Positions 19,224-28,580 of a stretch of DNA of 64,000 bases are shown here, piece by piece. Below the pieces are notes generated by a model. The model did no database searches, was not told the DNA's origin, and worked only from the letters and a program-made list of their open reading frames with translations. The position numbers and the translations under genes are program-made. The stretch lies in sequence record OR515477.1; one strand, given 5' to 3'. Origin of the DNA: Escherichia phage Es2. Every line of letters begins with the position of its first letter. The first letter of the stretch is position 1.

Positions 19224-19753
19224 TTACAGCAATGTATGCAGTTGGGCCGAATGGGGAGTTCGGCCTCCGAGGTAAGCTACCATGGGGTTCTTTCAAAGAA
19301 GAATTGAATGCTTTTTATTCCCAACTGGATGTATTGAATCCCGATAACATCATTATTGGTGCGGGTACTTATTTAGCTCTTCCACACGCCGTTAGGGAAC
19401 GTATGATTGGAGCTTCTGACCTATTTATTCGTGCTGATCGTCCACTACCAGACGATATTACACATGATATTTACACTCCAATTTCTAAGATTGGGGATAC
19501 ATTACCTACATTCTTAAAAGATCAACAGACAGTGGTGTTAGGTGGTGCAACATTACTGTACGAAATGTATATTCATGGACATATTGAAAGTGCTTTTGTA
19601 TCCACGATCTTTAGTACTCAAAAACTAGAGGCAGATGTACATCTGGATAATACGATTCTAGATTACAACTATGAATCTACTCGTTTAGTTTACGCAACTG
19701 GCGCAAACAGTGATAACAGCCTGCGATTTGTACAGGAATTGGTTACTTATTAA
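19220..19753 (+). CDS. frd: dihydrofolate reductase
   Basis: [24 protein letters not shown]-terminal DHFR signature; ATGA overlap with nrdB. Confidence 0.7.
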   Translation: MITAMYAVGPNGEFGLRGKLPWGSFKEELNAFYSQLDVLNPDNIIIGAGTYLALPHAVRERMIGASDLFIRADRPLPDDITHDIYTPISKIGDTLPTFLKDQQTVVLGGATLLYEMYIHGHIESAFVSTIFSTQKLEADVHLDNTILDYNYESTRLVYATGANSDNSLRFVQELVTY

Positions 19754-20607
19754 TGGATCAGTATATCGAAGTTGGAAAACGTATTCTATCAGAAGGTCAG
19801 TGGGTAACGAATCCTAGAACAGGGGTTCGTTGCCTCACCATTATTGACGCAGATTTTACTTTTAACGTAGGTGCAGGTGAATTTCCACTTATTACTACCC
19901 GTAAGGCGTTTGCAAAACAAGCAATAATGGAAATGATTGGGTATCTACGTGGGTATGATTCAGCAGCACAATTCCGCGCTATTGGTGTTAACACATGGAA
20001 TGCTAATGCAAATGAAAATTTAGCTTGGCTAGACAATCCATACCGTAAAGGTGAGGATGATATGGGACGAGTCTATGGTGTTCAAGGACGTCAGTGGACT
20101 AATTCCGATGGTCTTATGTTTGACCAGCTAGCCAAGATTTACCATAACCTGAAGAAGGGCATTGATGATCGTGGGGAAATTCTAACGTTCTGGAATCCGG
20201 GGGAGTTCTCAAAGGGTTGCTTACGTCCATGTATGCACACTCATCAGTTCTCTATTTTGGGAGATACATTATACCTGAACTCTTTCCAGAGATCTAATGA
20301 CTTCCTGCTAGGCCAAGTATTTAACATGGTTCAGTGCTATACGCTTCTAGCATTAATGGCACAGATTACAGGCCTTAAACCAGGAATTGCACGCCAGAAG
20401 ATTATCAATCTTCATATCTATGAGGATCAGTATAATGTTTTGATGGAGCATAAGCAATTCGATCGTGAACCTTTTGCACCTCCTACTCTAGAAATCAATC
20501 CAAATATCCGAACTCTGGAGGATGTATTGACCTGGGTAAATAAGGATGATTTTACTGTTCGTGGTTATGAACACCATCCTGCTATTGCATACCCCTTTAC
20601 GGTATAA
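19753..20607 (+). CDS. thyA: thymidylate synthase
   Basis: Active-site region [11 protein letters not shown] and conserved DFLLGQVFN-like block; 284 aa. Confidence 0.8.
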   Translation: MDQYIEVGKRILSEGQWVTNPRTGVRCLTIIDADFTFNVGAGEFPLITTRKAFAKQAIMEMIGYLRGYDSAAQFRAIGVNTWNANANENLAWLDNPYRKGEDDMGRVYGVQGRQWTNSDGLMFDQLAKIYHNLKKGIDDRGEILTFWNPGEFSKGCLRPCMHTHQFSILGDTLYLNSFQRSNDFLLGQVFNMVQCYTLLALMAQITGLKPGIARQKIINLHIYEDQYNVLMEHKQFDREPFAPPTLEINPNIRTLEDVLTWVNKDDFTVRGYEHHPAIAYPFTV

Positions 20608-20610
20608 TAT

Positions 20611-20964
20611 ATGCTTACAATATTATTATTTGTTATATTCTTCCTGAAACATTTTATGGCTGATTATCCCCTCCAAACTCCATACATGTTAAGAAAGACT
20701 CACAAAATAGGATGGAAACTTCCATTACTAACCCATTCTCTAGCACATGCTGGGCTAACCTTTATAATTCTTACTATGTTCACATCACTAGGGATGGCTA
20801 TAACTTTAGCTATAATGGAATTAATCCTACACTTTATCATAGATTACTGGAAAGCACAACGCTGTAAATACGATATAAGTGATTCCAAGTTTTGGATAGC
20901 TTTAGGATTTGATCAGTTACTTCATTACTTAACCTACGCTCTCATAATCTTGATTATAATTTAG
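20611..20964 (+). CDS. small integral membrane protein
   Basis: 117 aa, multiple hydrophobic segments; hairpin terminator follows. Confidence 0.5.
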   Translation: MLTILLFVIFFLKHFMADYPLQTPYMLRKTHKIGWKLPLLTHSLAHAGLTFIILTMFTSLGMAITLAIMELILHFIIDYWKAQRCKYDISDSKFWIALGFDQLLHYLTYALIILIII

Positions 20965-20968
20965 CTCA

Positions 20969-20995
20969 AATAGCCCTTCGGGGCTATTATATTTA
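20969..20995 (+). terminator. rho-independent terminator
   Basis: TAGCCC-TTCG-GGGCTA followed by TTATATTT. Confidence 0.6.
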
Positions 20996-21003
20996 AATTT
21001 CAT

Positions 21004-21032
21004 TTGCTTATTTAGTGAAATTTAAATATAAT
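21004..21032 (+). promoter_or_regulatory. early-type sigma70 promoter
   Basis: TTGCTT, 17 bp, TATAAT, then TTTTATAAATTGG. Confidence 0.6.
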
Positions 21033-21058
21033 ATATTTTATAAATTGGAGGTACACAT

Positions 21059-21322
21059 ATGGGACTCTTTAGAAAGAAAATTTATCTAACAGAAAGGCAA
21101 GAACACAAACTTCTTACTCTATCAGAATACTATCATTTACCTTATGACTACTTTGTAGATAGAGCAATAGAGGAATTCTTGGATAGGGAATTAGAGGCTA
21201 TAAAACCTAAGCCTCCTGAGCCGTCTTTAGCATCAAATGGTCCACAAAGAGAGTACCCAAGAGTTCCACCAATGCCTCCTACTCCGCCAAAAACTAGAGT
21301 TGTAACAGAAGGTGAAAAATAA
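21059..21322 (+). CDS. hypothetical protein
   Basis: 87 aa ORF after promoter 21004-21032, GGAGG RBS. Confidence 0.5.
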   Translation: MGLFRKKIYLTERQEHKLLTLSEYYHLPYDYFVDRAIEEFLDRELEAIKPKPPEPSLASNGPQREYPRVPPMPPTPPKTRVVTEGEK

Positions 21323-21798
21323 TGTCGGTTTTCCACATTTACACAGATGGTGCTTGTAAGTCTAATCCAGGTCCAGGTGCTTGGGGTTTTATTGTCTATG
21401 ATGATAACGACGATCGTTTAGGTTCTAAATCTGGTTATAATCCTAAAACTACAAATAATGAGATGGAACTCACAGCTATCGTAGAAGCCCTACGTTGGTC
21501 TGTTAAAAAAGATAATAGACCAATTGCTATATATACTGACTCTGCTTATTGCAAAAATGGTATGGAAAGTTGGATGTTTTCTTGGCAAAGGAAAGGTTGG
21601 AAGAAAGCAGATGGTGAAGTCCCTCTTAATCTAGAACTTTGGCAGGAAGCATTTAAATTAACACAGCAGTATATCAACTTTCATAATACTAACCCTACCT
21701 TTATTAAGGTTAAAGGACATTCTGGTATCAGTGGTAATGAAGCTGCAGATGCATTGTGTAACACAGTTATTACTGAAGCTGAAATGGCTGAGATGTGA
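21322..21798 (+). CDS. rnhA: ribonuclease H
   Basis: YTDGACKSNPGPGAWG and TNNEMEL RNase HI motifs. Confidence 0.8.
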   Translation: MSVFHIYTDGACKSNPGPGAWGFIVYDDNDDRLGSKSGYNPKTTNNEMELTAIVEALRWSVKKDNRPIAIYTDSAYCKNGMESWMFSWQRKGWKKADGEVPLNLELWQEAFKLTQQYINFHNTNPTFIKVKGHSGISGNEAADALCNTVITEAEMAEM

Positions 21799-21818
21799 TA
21801 AATAAATTAAAAATTTTC

Positions 21819-21847
21819 TTGCTTAAAGCCCTCTAATTTAGTATAAT
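21819..21847 (+). promoter_or_regulatory. early-type sigma70 promoter
   Basis: TTGCTT, 17 bp, TATAAT. Confidence 0.6.
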
Positions 21848-21874
21848 ATTCGTATTGAAAGTGAGGAGGGCTTT

Positions 21875-22153
21875 ATGCGAATTTATAACTCAAATTCACT
21901 AGGATTTAAACCATTGAGAAAACGTGCACAATCACCTCGTCAAATAAGAAAGGCTAATATTGGTGAGCCAGAAACACGTCTTCCACCCCCTCCAGAACAA
22001 CGTTTAGTTTATCTGGACGAAGAATTAGCTGAACGCGAAAGAAAAGCTCAAGAAGAGATTGAGCGTAAGAAAATGTGTACTGCTCCGGCGTATAATAAAG
22101 GAGCGTATCAATATGTCTCAGATGCTGAACAAGCTAAGATGGTTGGTAGATAA
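21875..22153 (+). CDS. hypothetical protein
   Basis: 92 aa ORF with GAGGAGGG RBS after promoter 21819-21847. Confidence 0.5.
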   Translation: MRIYNSNSLGFKPLRKRAQSPRQIRKANIGEPETRLPPPPEQRLVYLDEELAERERKAQEEIERKKMCTAPAYNKGAYQYVSDAEQAKMVGR

Positions 22154-22169
22154 TTTTTAAAAAATTCAT

Positions 22170-22198
22170 TTGCTAAACGTTTCAAATTCTCGTATAAT
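22170..22198 (+). promoter_or_regulatory. early-type sigma70 promoter
   Basis: AAAAATTCATTTGCTA, 17 bp, TATAAT, then TTCATAAATTGAT. Confidence 0.65.
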
Positions 22199-22236
22199 AT
22201 ATTTCATAAATTGATAAACAAAAAGGAAAATAAATA

Positions 22237-22752
22237 ATGGCTAAGCAGAAAAACGCAAAAACTCAAGCAGCTCCGGCAGTTAAAACTTTCCCGCAGACCG
22301 AGGCTAATCGCAAAGCTCGTCTGGAACGTCACCTGCGTAAGCATCCTACCGATGCTCAGGCTGCGCAAGCACTGAATAATCCGGCTCCGATTCGTAAGAA
22401 GCCTAAAGCTAAAAATGCCGCCCGTAAATCCTACAAAATGGTTATGTATGTAGAAAATTACGGCCACAAATCTGTCCCAGTTTCCCTGAGCTTCAACGCT
22501 GGGGCTGAATTGTTCCCTCGTAATGGTATGTCTATGAAAGACTATGAGAAGGCAGTTAACCAGAAGCGTAAACCAACAGCAGATGTATTGCGTGATACTC
22601 GTGGACAGTTTGGTTCTGTTAAGCCAAATATCTTTGGCGTAGAGTATAGTAAAGATAATGTTCGTGCTCTGTGTTACGGTGTAGGCATTAAGTTCACGGG
22701 TGATTCTGCTCGTAAATCTGCTAAACCAGCGCGCAAGCGTAAAGCGAAGTAA
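22237..22752 (+). CDS. hypothetical basic protein (possible nucleic-acid binding)
   Basis: 171 aa, Lys/Arg-rich, host-like codon bias; terminator 22762-22784 follows. Confidence 0.5.
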   Translation: MAKQKNAKTQAAPAVKTFPQTEANRKARLERHLRKHPTDAQAAQALNNPAPIRKKPKAKNAARKSYKMVMYVENYGHKSVPVSLSFNAGAELFPRNGMSMKDYEKAVNQKRKPTADVLRDTRGQFGSVKPNIFGVEYSKDNVRALCYGVGIKFTGDSARKSAKPARKRKAK

Positions 22753-22761
22753 TAGATAAAT

Positions 22762-22784
22762 AGGGGCGAAAGCCCCTCTTATTT
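22762..22784 (+). terminator. rho-independent terminator
   Basis: AGGGGC-GAAA-GCCCCT followed by CTTATTT. Confidence 0.65.
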
Positions 22785-22793
22785 GGAGAAACT

Positions 22794-23030
22794 ATGCGTA
22801 ATTTTGTAGCAAAGAATGACTTTAATCGTGCTAGCACTCATAAGTCCGCTAGAGATTATACACGACTTTCTAGTCATGAGGTAATGGATACCTGTTATGA
22901 AGAGCTGGAAGGTAGCTGGAATGAGTGGCCCGACTTCTCTATGGAAGAGAACTGGGATGTCAGTGAGGATATGCTTCCTGGTTTTAAAGACCCCAAGAAG
23001 TGGGAGTCTATTAAAGAGACAGCTCTTTAA
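22794..23030 (+). CDS. hypothetical acidic protein
   Basis: 78 aa ORF. Confidence 0.45.
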   Translation: MRNFVAKNDFNRASTHKSARDYTRLSSHEVMDTCYEELEGSWNEWPDFSMEENWDVSEDMLPGFKDPKKWESIKETAL

Positions 23031-23058
23031 TAGTTTTCTACACAATAAAGGATAAGTT

Positions 23059-23760
23059 ATGAAAGTAAAACCATTTGGTATGCTAGATATTGAATCTCTG
23101 GGAACTCCAGGAGATTGTGGTACTACTCATATCGCAATGCCTTCTTTCGCTTTTGTGGCTATGCATGGAATTGATAAAGACCCTGATCTAATATTTGTTA
23201 CTTTGGATGTGCAGGATCAGCTTAATTCTGGTGCCAAAGTTACAGCATCTACTCTAGCATTCTGGATGGATCAAGCTAAACATAGCCCGTCTGCTATCCA
23301 CATTATGGAAGCCATGAAGGAACGTAATCCAAAACTGATTGTCTTCCAAAATGGTAAACATCATTGCACTAATAAATTAGGCTCAAACTATGCTGCCTTC
23401 TCTATGGCTCAAAATATTATGGAGTTGGCTCTAGGTGAAAATGCTTTGTATTATGGCAACGGTCCAGAGTTTGATATGACTATCTACTCTGCAAACACGT
23501 TCCATGCTGGAACCAATGAAGAGGTAGTTCCGTGGAAATTCTGGAATTTGGGTAATGTTCGATCTCTTCGTAACCTCTGGATGCAAGCTGGATACAGTTA
23601 TAAAGCTCTAGAGACCGAAGGTATTAGCTGGGCAATAGCTAAAATGGAGAAGATGGACACCATTCGTTATGGGATCTATCCGGTTAAGCACGACCCTGCA
23701 TTTGATGCCTTAGTTGAAAGCTATTGTGTTGCAGCTATGATCGAAAAAATGAAAATTTGA
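23059..23760 (+). CDS. putative DEDDh-type 3'-5' exonuclease-like protein
   Basis: N-terminal MLDIESLG (D-x-E) and C-terminal KHDPAFDA (H-x-A-x-x-DA) resemble DnaQ/RNase T exonuclease motifs. Confidence 0.4.
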   Translation: MKVKPFGMLDIESLGTPGDCGTTHIAMPSFAFVAMHGIDKDPDLIFVTLDVQDQLNSGAKVTASTLAFWMDQAKHSPSAIHIMEAMKERNPKLIVFQNGKHHCTNKLGSNYAAFSMAQNIMELALGENALYYGNGPEFDMTIYSANTFHAGTNEEVVPWKFWNLGNVRSLRNLWMQAGYSYKALETEGISWAIAKMEKMDTIRYGIYPVKHDPAFDALVESYCVAAMIEKMKI

Positions 23761-23761
23761 T

Positions 23762-23790
23762 TTGCTTCCGGCTCCAAAATTCTGTATAAT
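23762..23790 (+). promoter_or_regulatory. early-type sigma70 promoter
   Basis: TTGCTT, 17 bp, TGTATAAT. Confidence 0.6.
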
Positions 23791-23830
23791 ATATTCATAA
23801 ATTTGAGAAAACAATAAAAGGAAAACAAAT

Positions 23831-24013
23831 ATGCCAGTATCTAAAAATGTTCGTAAAAATGGTAAGAAAGCTACTCGTAATCTGGGTATCCGTCGTATGG
23901 CTGAACGTCAATCAGGTATCCAGAAAATCTTTGATCTGCTAAATCGTGCTAATCCTAAAATTGATAACAGTAATGATACTGTTCTGCGCACTCTGCTGGC
24001 AATTGGTCTGTAA
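23831..24013 (+). CDS. hypothetical basic protein
   Basis: 60 aa ORF after promoter 23762-23790. Confidence 0.45.
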   Translation: MPVSKNVRKNGKKATRNLGIRRMAERQSGIQKIFDLLNRANPKIDNSNDTVLRTLLAIGL

Positions 24014-24066
24014 TAGGCCAACTTTAAACAAATTCAAATCTCAAACTTCATATAAGGAAGCAAATA

Positions 24067-24705
24067 ATGACTACTCGTATTTCTAAAACTCGCGCTCTGG
24101 CAACTATCAAATCTCTGGAAGCTAAAATCCGTAAAGCTACTGAACAACATCTTCTGATTGCTGTTGGTGAAGGTAAGGATAAAAACCAGGTTGTAGTTGG
24201 CGCTGCAATCGAAGTAGCTGATCTGTCTACTCGTATTAAGACTGATTTCCAATCTCTGCTGGATATGATGTCTCGGCGTGATCGTATTAAATCTGCTCTG
24301 ATTAAGAGCAATGCAGAAACAATCGTTGAGATCGGTTCTCGTAAGATGACTGTTGCGGAAGCAATTGAAGCTAAGCGTTCTATGGAACTTAAAGCTCAAC
24401 TGCTGGCTAACATGCGTAAGCAGTTCCATGCCGCTACGGTTAAGTTTAATACGCAGAAAGCACAGTTTGATGCTAAATACGAGCGTTTGCAGGACAGCAT
24501 GGCTACCCGCGATAAGAAAACTTCCGAAGATGAAGTTAAAATGCAGCTCAACCTGCTGGAACTCAAGAATACTCCATTCTTGATTGATCCGCTGGAACTG
24601 GAGAAGCTGATTAAGCAGCATGACGAGGAATACCAGGACTTTGCAACAAATGTTGACTTTGTTCTGTCCGAGTCTAACGCCTCTACCTTTATTGAAGTAG
24701 AGTAA
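24067..24705 (+). CDS. hypothetical protein
   Basis: 212 aa ORF, strong codon bias, coiled-coil-like. Confidence 0.55.
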   Translation: MTTRISKTRALATIKSLEAKIRKATEQHLLIAVGEGKDKNQVVVGAAIEVADLSTRIKTDFQSLLDMMSRRDRIKSALIKSNAETIVEIGSRKMTVAEAIEAKRSMELKAQLLANMRKQFHAATVKFNTQKAQFDAKYERLQDSMATRDKKTSEDEVKMQLNLLELKNTPFLIDPLELEKLIKQHDEEYQDFATNVDFVLSESNASTFIEVE

Positions 24706-25088
24706 TAATTTAAAAGCTAGTAAATCGGTAGACGAAAGCCCAAGCATCTTACCTCGCAGCAGCGGTTGAAATACGAGGTTAAATAAGACCGCTGACCATA
24801 CTATAAAGTATAATCTATTGGAGATTATGTTTATTACACCAGCCTTTTAAGCTGACACGTAAGAACAAAGCGTCGTTGATATTACCGACACAACTTCAAA
24901 GATCAACATTTAAGTATGAAAGCTGAAAAGTTCAAAGAACTCAAACTTCTAAACTTCTAAAGCTAAAAGATGCAAAGTATTCGTTGATGATTCAAACCCT
25001 AGATCAAAGGTACATGGCTCATAAGATATGGCCTGTGGCGCCTCTAGGCTGTTTATCGGTTTACTAGTTTCACAATTTAAAAATGTAT

Positions 25089-25117
25089 TTGCTAATCTAC
25101 TAAATTATATGTATAAT
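25089..25117 (+). promoter_or_regulatory. early-type sigma70 promoter
   Basis: TTGCTA, 17 bp, TGTATAAT. Confidence 0.6.
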
Positions 25118-25147
25118 ATATTTTTAAATTGATGAAACGAGGCTATT

Positions 25148-25465
25148 ATGACTTTTCATATTTTGATTGATGATGTGCGTAATCTTCACGGAATGGACAT
25201 TATCATTCGAACCCCAGAAGCCGCTGTAGAGTTTCTGAATAAAACTGATACCACAGGCCATTTCGTTTATATGGATAATGACTTGGCTGTAGATGGTATG
25301 GAAGGTTATCAAATTCTTCGTTTACTCTTAGAATTTGGGCAGAGACCAAAGAAAGTGGTACTAGTAACCTCGAACCCAGTAGCTAAGCAAAATATGCGTA
25401 ATGATTTGCTTGACTTAGGGTATAAAGAAAATCCCAATCGTGTTGAATATGATTGGCAGGAGTAA
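25148..25465 (+). CDS. hypothetical protein
   Basis: 105 aa ORF after promoter 25089-25117. Confidence 0.5.
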   Translation: MTFHILIDDVRNLHGMDIIIRTPEAAVEFLNKTDTTGHFVYMDNDLAVDGMEGYQILRLLLEFGQRPKKVVLVTSNPVAKQNMRNDLLDLGYKENPNRVEYDWQE

Positions 25466-25470
25466 AAAGA

Positions 25471-25920
25471 ATGAAGGCAGCTTTGCTTTTAGTAGCTGCC
25501 CTTACCTTCAGCTTTAGTAGTCAGGCATCGCACGATGCAAAAGAAATAGATTGCATTGCTAAAAATATCTATTTCGAAAGTCGTGGTGAGGGCATAAAGG
25601 GAATGACGGCGATTGCACATGTTACTAAAAACCGTGTAAACTCCGGTAAATTCCCAGATTCCTACTGTAAAGTAGTATATCAGTCTAACCAGTTCTCTTG
25701 GGTATCTAAGAGACCAAAAGTTGATAAAACTGATGAGGCTTGGCAAACCGCTAAGAATTTAGCTAGAGTGATATACTACGTTGATTTACCACAAGATCCT
25801 ACACATGGAGCATTATACTTCCATAGTGGTAAAGATAAACCTTACTGGACAAAGAAATTTAAGAAAACAACTAAGATTAAGGGGCATACATTCTATAAAC
25901 CTGTTGTCACTAAAACTTAA
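25471..25920 (+). CDS. secreted SleB-like cell-wall hydrolase
   Basis: Signal peptide MKAALLLVAALTFSFSSQA then CIAKNIYFESRGE...AHVTKNRV...YCKVVYQSNQFSW (cell-wall hydrolase family signature). Confidence 0.6.
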   Translation: MKAALLLVAALTFSFSSQASHDAKEIDCIAKNIYFESRGEGIKGMTAIAHVTKNRVNSGKFPDSYCKVVYQSNQFSWVSKRPKVDKTDEAWQTAKNLARVIYYVDLPQDPTHGALYFHSGKDKPYWTKKFKKTTKIKGHTFYKPVVTKT

Positions 25921-25928
25921 AAATTTAC

Positions 25929-25957
25929 TTGCTTAAATACTTAAATTTCTGTATAAT
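25929..25957 (+). promoter_or_regulatory. early-type sigma70 promoter
   Basis: TTGCTT, 17 bp, TGTATAAT. Confidence 0.6.
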
Positions 25958-25988
25958 ACTTCCATAAATTAATGAGAGGAAGCGAAAT

Positions 25989-26159
25989 ATGAAATCAGTT
26001 GTAATTATTGGTGTTAACACTCGCGGTATTCGTACTACGAAAACTGTTAAAACTTCTAACGTTGCTGAAATCACTACGAACCCTAAAAAGTTTGATTTCG
26101 CCAAAGTCTCAGCAGTTATGACAGAGCAATCTTTTAACCAAGCATTGGGGATGAAATAA
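25989..26159 (+). CDS. hypothetical small protein
   Basis: 56 aa ORF (MKSVVIIGVNTRGIR...) with AGGAAG RBS after promoter 25929-25957; below track cutoff. Confidence 0.4.
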   Translation: MKSVVIIGVNTRGIRTTKTVKTSNVAEITTNPKKFDFAKVSAVMTEQSFNQALGMK

Positions 26160-26593
26160 TGGGTACGAATATGATTCGTGTGCTGCGAGAATTAATTGAA
26201 AAAGCTCGCAAACACGGTGATACTGTGTCAGTCAAGCACCTTAGTACGATTTTAGGTGACTTACAACGAATTGATAAAGATTGCGTATCTAGACTAGAGT
26301 TTACTAACTGGATTAAATCACAGTTCAAAGCAATTGAGAATACAATGACTTCTGCTGCAAAAGCAAATATCGAGTATACTCCAGATGCTGAATATCTCGA
26401 CTTGTTAGCAGGTCTAGAGTATGAATATGCTCTAGAGCAGTTAACTGAAGTTCAGATTCGTGAGTATTTTGCAGAACTGGTTAAATTAAACCCAGGTATT
26501 ACCAAAGCTCTATTAATGAAAACTATTAAGGCAGAATTTCCTGGACGTTATGACGGTAAAACAACTGCTTTGATTGCTAGTGAATTTTTCTAA
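26159..26593 (+). CDS. hypothetical protein
   Basis: 144 aa ORF, ATGA coupling. Confidence 0.5.
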   Translation: MGTNMIRVLRELIEKARKHGDTVSVKHLSTILGDLQRIDKDCVSRLEFTNWIKSQFKAIENTMTSAAKANIEYTPDAEYLDLLAGLEYEYALEQLTEVQIREYFAELVKLNPGITKALLMKTIKAEFPGRYDGKTTALIASEFF

Positions 26594-26601
26594 AAATTCA
26601 T

Positions 26602-26630
26602 TTGCTAAATGCTTATAAATTCTGTATAAT
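26602..26630 (+). promoter_or_regulatory. early-type sigma70 promoter heading the tRNA/ncRNA cluster
   Basis: AAAAATTCATTTGCTA, 17 bp, TGTATAAT. Confidence 0.6.
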
Positions 26631-26853
26631 ATATTCATAAATTAGGGAACAGCGAGCCGATTACGCTGAGTGCAGAATCCCAACCGGAGCGCATTGAATA
26701 GAGTCGGTGGGTTAGTTGTAAAACTAGTACACAGGGGGCGGCAATCCCGGTTAGTGGCTAGAACGTGTAAAATGAGGCGTCTGAAACCTCTCCCTTAAAC
26801 TCTTCTCTAATTTATAAATAGTGGGGTGTGGAAATCACTTATGTAGTAACACT

Positions 26854-26925
26854 GCCGTCCTAGTATAATTGGTATTATCAAGCCGTAACTGGTGGAAGAT
26901 GTAGGTTCGAATCCTACGGTCGGTA
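26854..26925 (+). tRNA. tRNA-like (isotype undetermined)
   Basis: T-arm GTAGG-TTCGAAT-CCTAC and acceptor GCCGTCC/GGTCGGT, but no clean anticodon arm. Confidence 0.35.
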
Positions 26926-27427
26926 AGAACTGGATAACTGATGCTTTTAACGTAAAAGCTTCCGAGGTTAGTTGCGCACTGCCTAAACCACGCGGTAGTT
27001 GGTTCCAGACTAACCAACCAGTCTGCTGAATAGTTTTATTACGATTTAACTATGTCCAGGCTAAAGAAGAACTTTAGAAAGTATTCTAGGATAGTGAAGT
27101 TCTTTCTCCATATCGGAGTAGTTTTTCAAGCTATCCATAAAGTGGGAAATGCTGGCATGAGAGATGCCACTAATGGTGCACAATAGCACAGGTAATTCGC
27201 GATAACTCCTGTTGAGTAGCAGCAAAAGGCGGGAAGTCATGACCCCAAGCCTAACCGAGTCCTCAATATACCGCAGGACATAACCACTAAGTCACCCTGA
27301 CTTAAACTGGAAAATAATAGACGTTACTGTATTTTGTCTTGAAATACTTAATGAGTGAGACTTATGACTCTCCCGGTATCGTCTGTATTTTTAAGAGTTT
27401 TTACGAGAGTTCTTAAAAATACTTAAA

Positions 27428-27499
27428 CGGGGTGTAGTCTAAGGGAGAGGCAGGAGTCTTCTAAATTCCTTTATGCAGGTTCGAATCCTGTCACCTCGG
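27428..27499 (+). tRNA. tRNA-Arg (anticodon TCT)
   Basis: Acceptor CGGGGTG/CACCTCG, anticodon loop CTTCTAA, T-arm GCAGG-TTCGAAT-CCTGT, CCA encoded. Confidence 0.7.
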
Positions 27500-27536
27500 C
27501 CAATTTTATTAACTGTAGCTAAAACAAAGGAAATAT

Positions 27537-28484
27537 ATGTTTAATACTAAAAATATGAAAGAACTGACTTCTGAGCAAAAAGTAATTCGCACTATTAAAC
27601 GTTGGGGTATTGGTGCTGTAGTTGGTTTAGCAGGTTTAGTTCTAGCTCTTAACTCCTATACCGTTGTTCAAGACGGTACTGTTAAGACCCAGACTTTCTT
27701 GGGTAAAGTTGATCCTAACCCTGTATTGCCGGGCTTTCATATTGTAAATCCTTTTGCTTCTTTTGATACTTTTAGTACTAAAGATATTGCTCTGAAATTA
27801 GATAAACTTCAGGTTCCTAGTCAGGATAAGTTTAAATCCACTGTTGACCTGACTGTTATGTTGCAGTTTGATGGTTCTAAAGCACCGATTAACCGTATTA
27901 ATGCAGGTACTCAGGATCAAGCATTAGACAAATATGTAACTGAAAAATTACTGTCTACTATTCGTGAGTTTGGTAAGTCTGTACCTAAAGCACAAGATTT
28001 ATTTGATGCTAAAATTCAGGCTCAATTGCAAACTGCAATTCAACAGGAAGTTGAAGAGTATGCACGCCCATATGGTTACACAGTTAAGCAGGTGTTTCTT
28101 CAGGATATTACTTTGCCACCGGTAATCATGGAACAGGTACAGAATACCAAAGTTCGTGAAGAACAGGTTAATGCTGCTAAAGCTGAATTAGCTCGTGTTG
28201 AACAGGAAGCACAGCAAAAAGTTAAACAAGCAGAAGCAGATCGTGAAGCTCGCAACAACCAAGCTATTGCTAACGAACGTGACGCAGATGCTAAGCTGTA
28301 TGCAGCTAAGAAAGAAGCTGAAGCTAACGCCGCATTGCAACGTACCATTACTCCTGAGATGATTCACTGGAAGCAACTGGAAGTTGAAATGATTCGTGCT
28401 CAGAAGTATCAGGGTGGTGTACCGCAGACTGTGGTTGGCACTGGCTATGATGGCCAAATGATTATGGATATGCGTAATAAATAA
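27537..28484 (+). CDS. SPFH/band-7 (prohibitin/HflKC-like) membrane protein
   Basis: N-terminal TM (WGIGAVVGLAGLVLAL), SPFH-like core, Ala/Gln/Glu-rich coiled-coil C-terminus. Confidence 0.6.
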   Translation: MFNTKNMKELTSEQKVIRTIKRWGIGAVVGLAGLVLALNSYTVVQDGTVKTQTFLGKVDPNPVLPGFHIVNPFASFDTFSTKDIALKLDKLQVPSQDKFKSTVDLTVMLQFDGSKAPINRINAGTQDQALDKYVTEKLLSTIREFGKSVPKAQDLFDAKIQAQLQTAIQQEVEEYARPYGYTVKQVFLQDITLPPVIMEQVQNTKVREEQVNAAKAELARVEQEAQQKVKQAEADREARNNQAIANERDADAKLYAAKKEAEANAALQRTITPEMIHWKQLEVEMIRAQKYQGGVPQTVVGTGYDGQMIMDMRNK

Positions 28485-28509
28485 TACCCGCATGTAACAT
28501 CTGAAGTAA

Positions 28510-28545
28510 GCCCTGCGTTTCCTGGAGAGCGCAGGGCTTTTCTAT
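28510..28545 (+). terminator. rho-independent terminator
   Basis: GCCCTGCG...CGCAGGGC hairpin followed by TTTTC. Confidence 0.6.
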
Positions 28546-28580
28546 ATAATGTATTTGTAAATCTAACTAGGAGATCAAAT

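Noticed and set aside
24034-24747. Minus-strand 237-aa ORF (and overlapping minus/plus ORFs 24048-24311, 24353-24583)
   Set aside because: Fully antisense to the codon-biased plus-strand gene 24067-24705; Leu/Phe-rich translation typical of antisense frames; opposes local transcription direction.
26835-27017. Minus-strand 60-aa ORF in the tRNA-leader region
   Set aside because: Overlaps the tRNA-like element; minimal length, no RBS; region better explained as non-coding RNA.
28100-28493. Minus-strand ORFs antisense to the SPFH gene
   Set aside because: Embedded in the Ala/Gln-rich coiled-coil coding region of 27537-28484; Ala/Ser/Leu low-complexity products.
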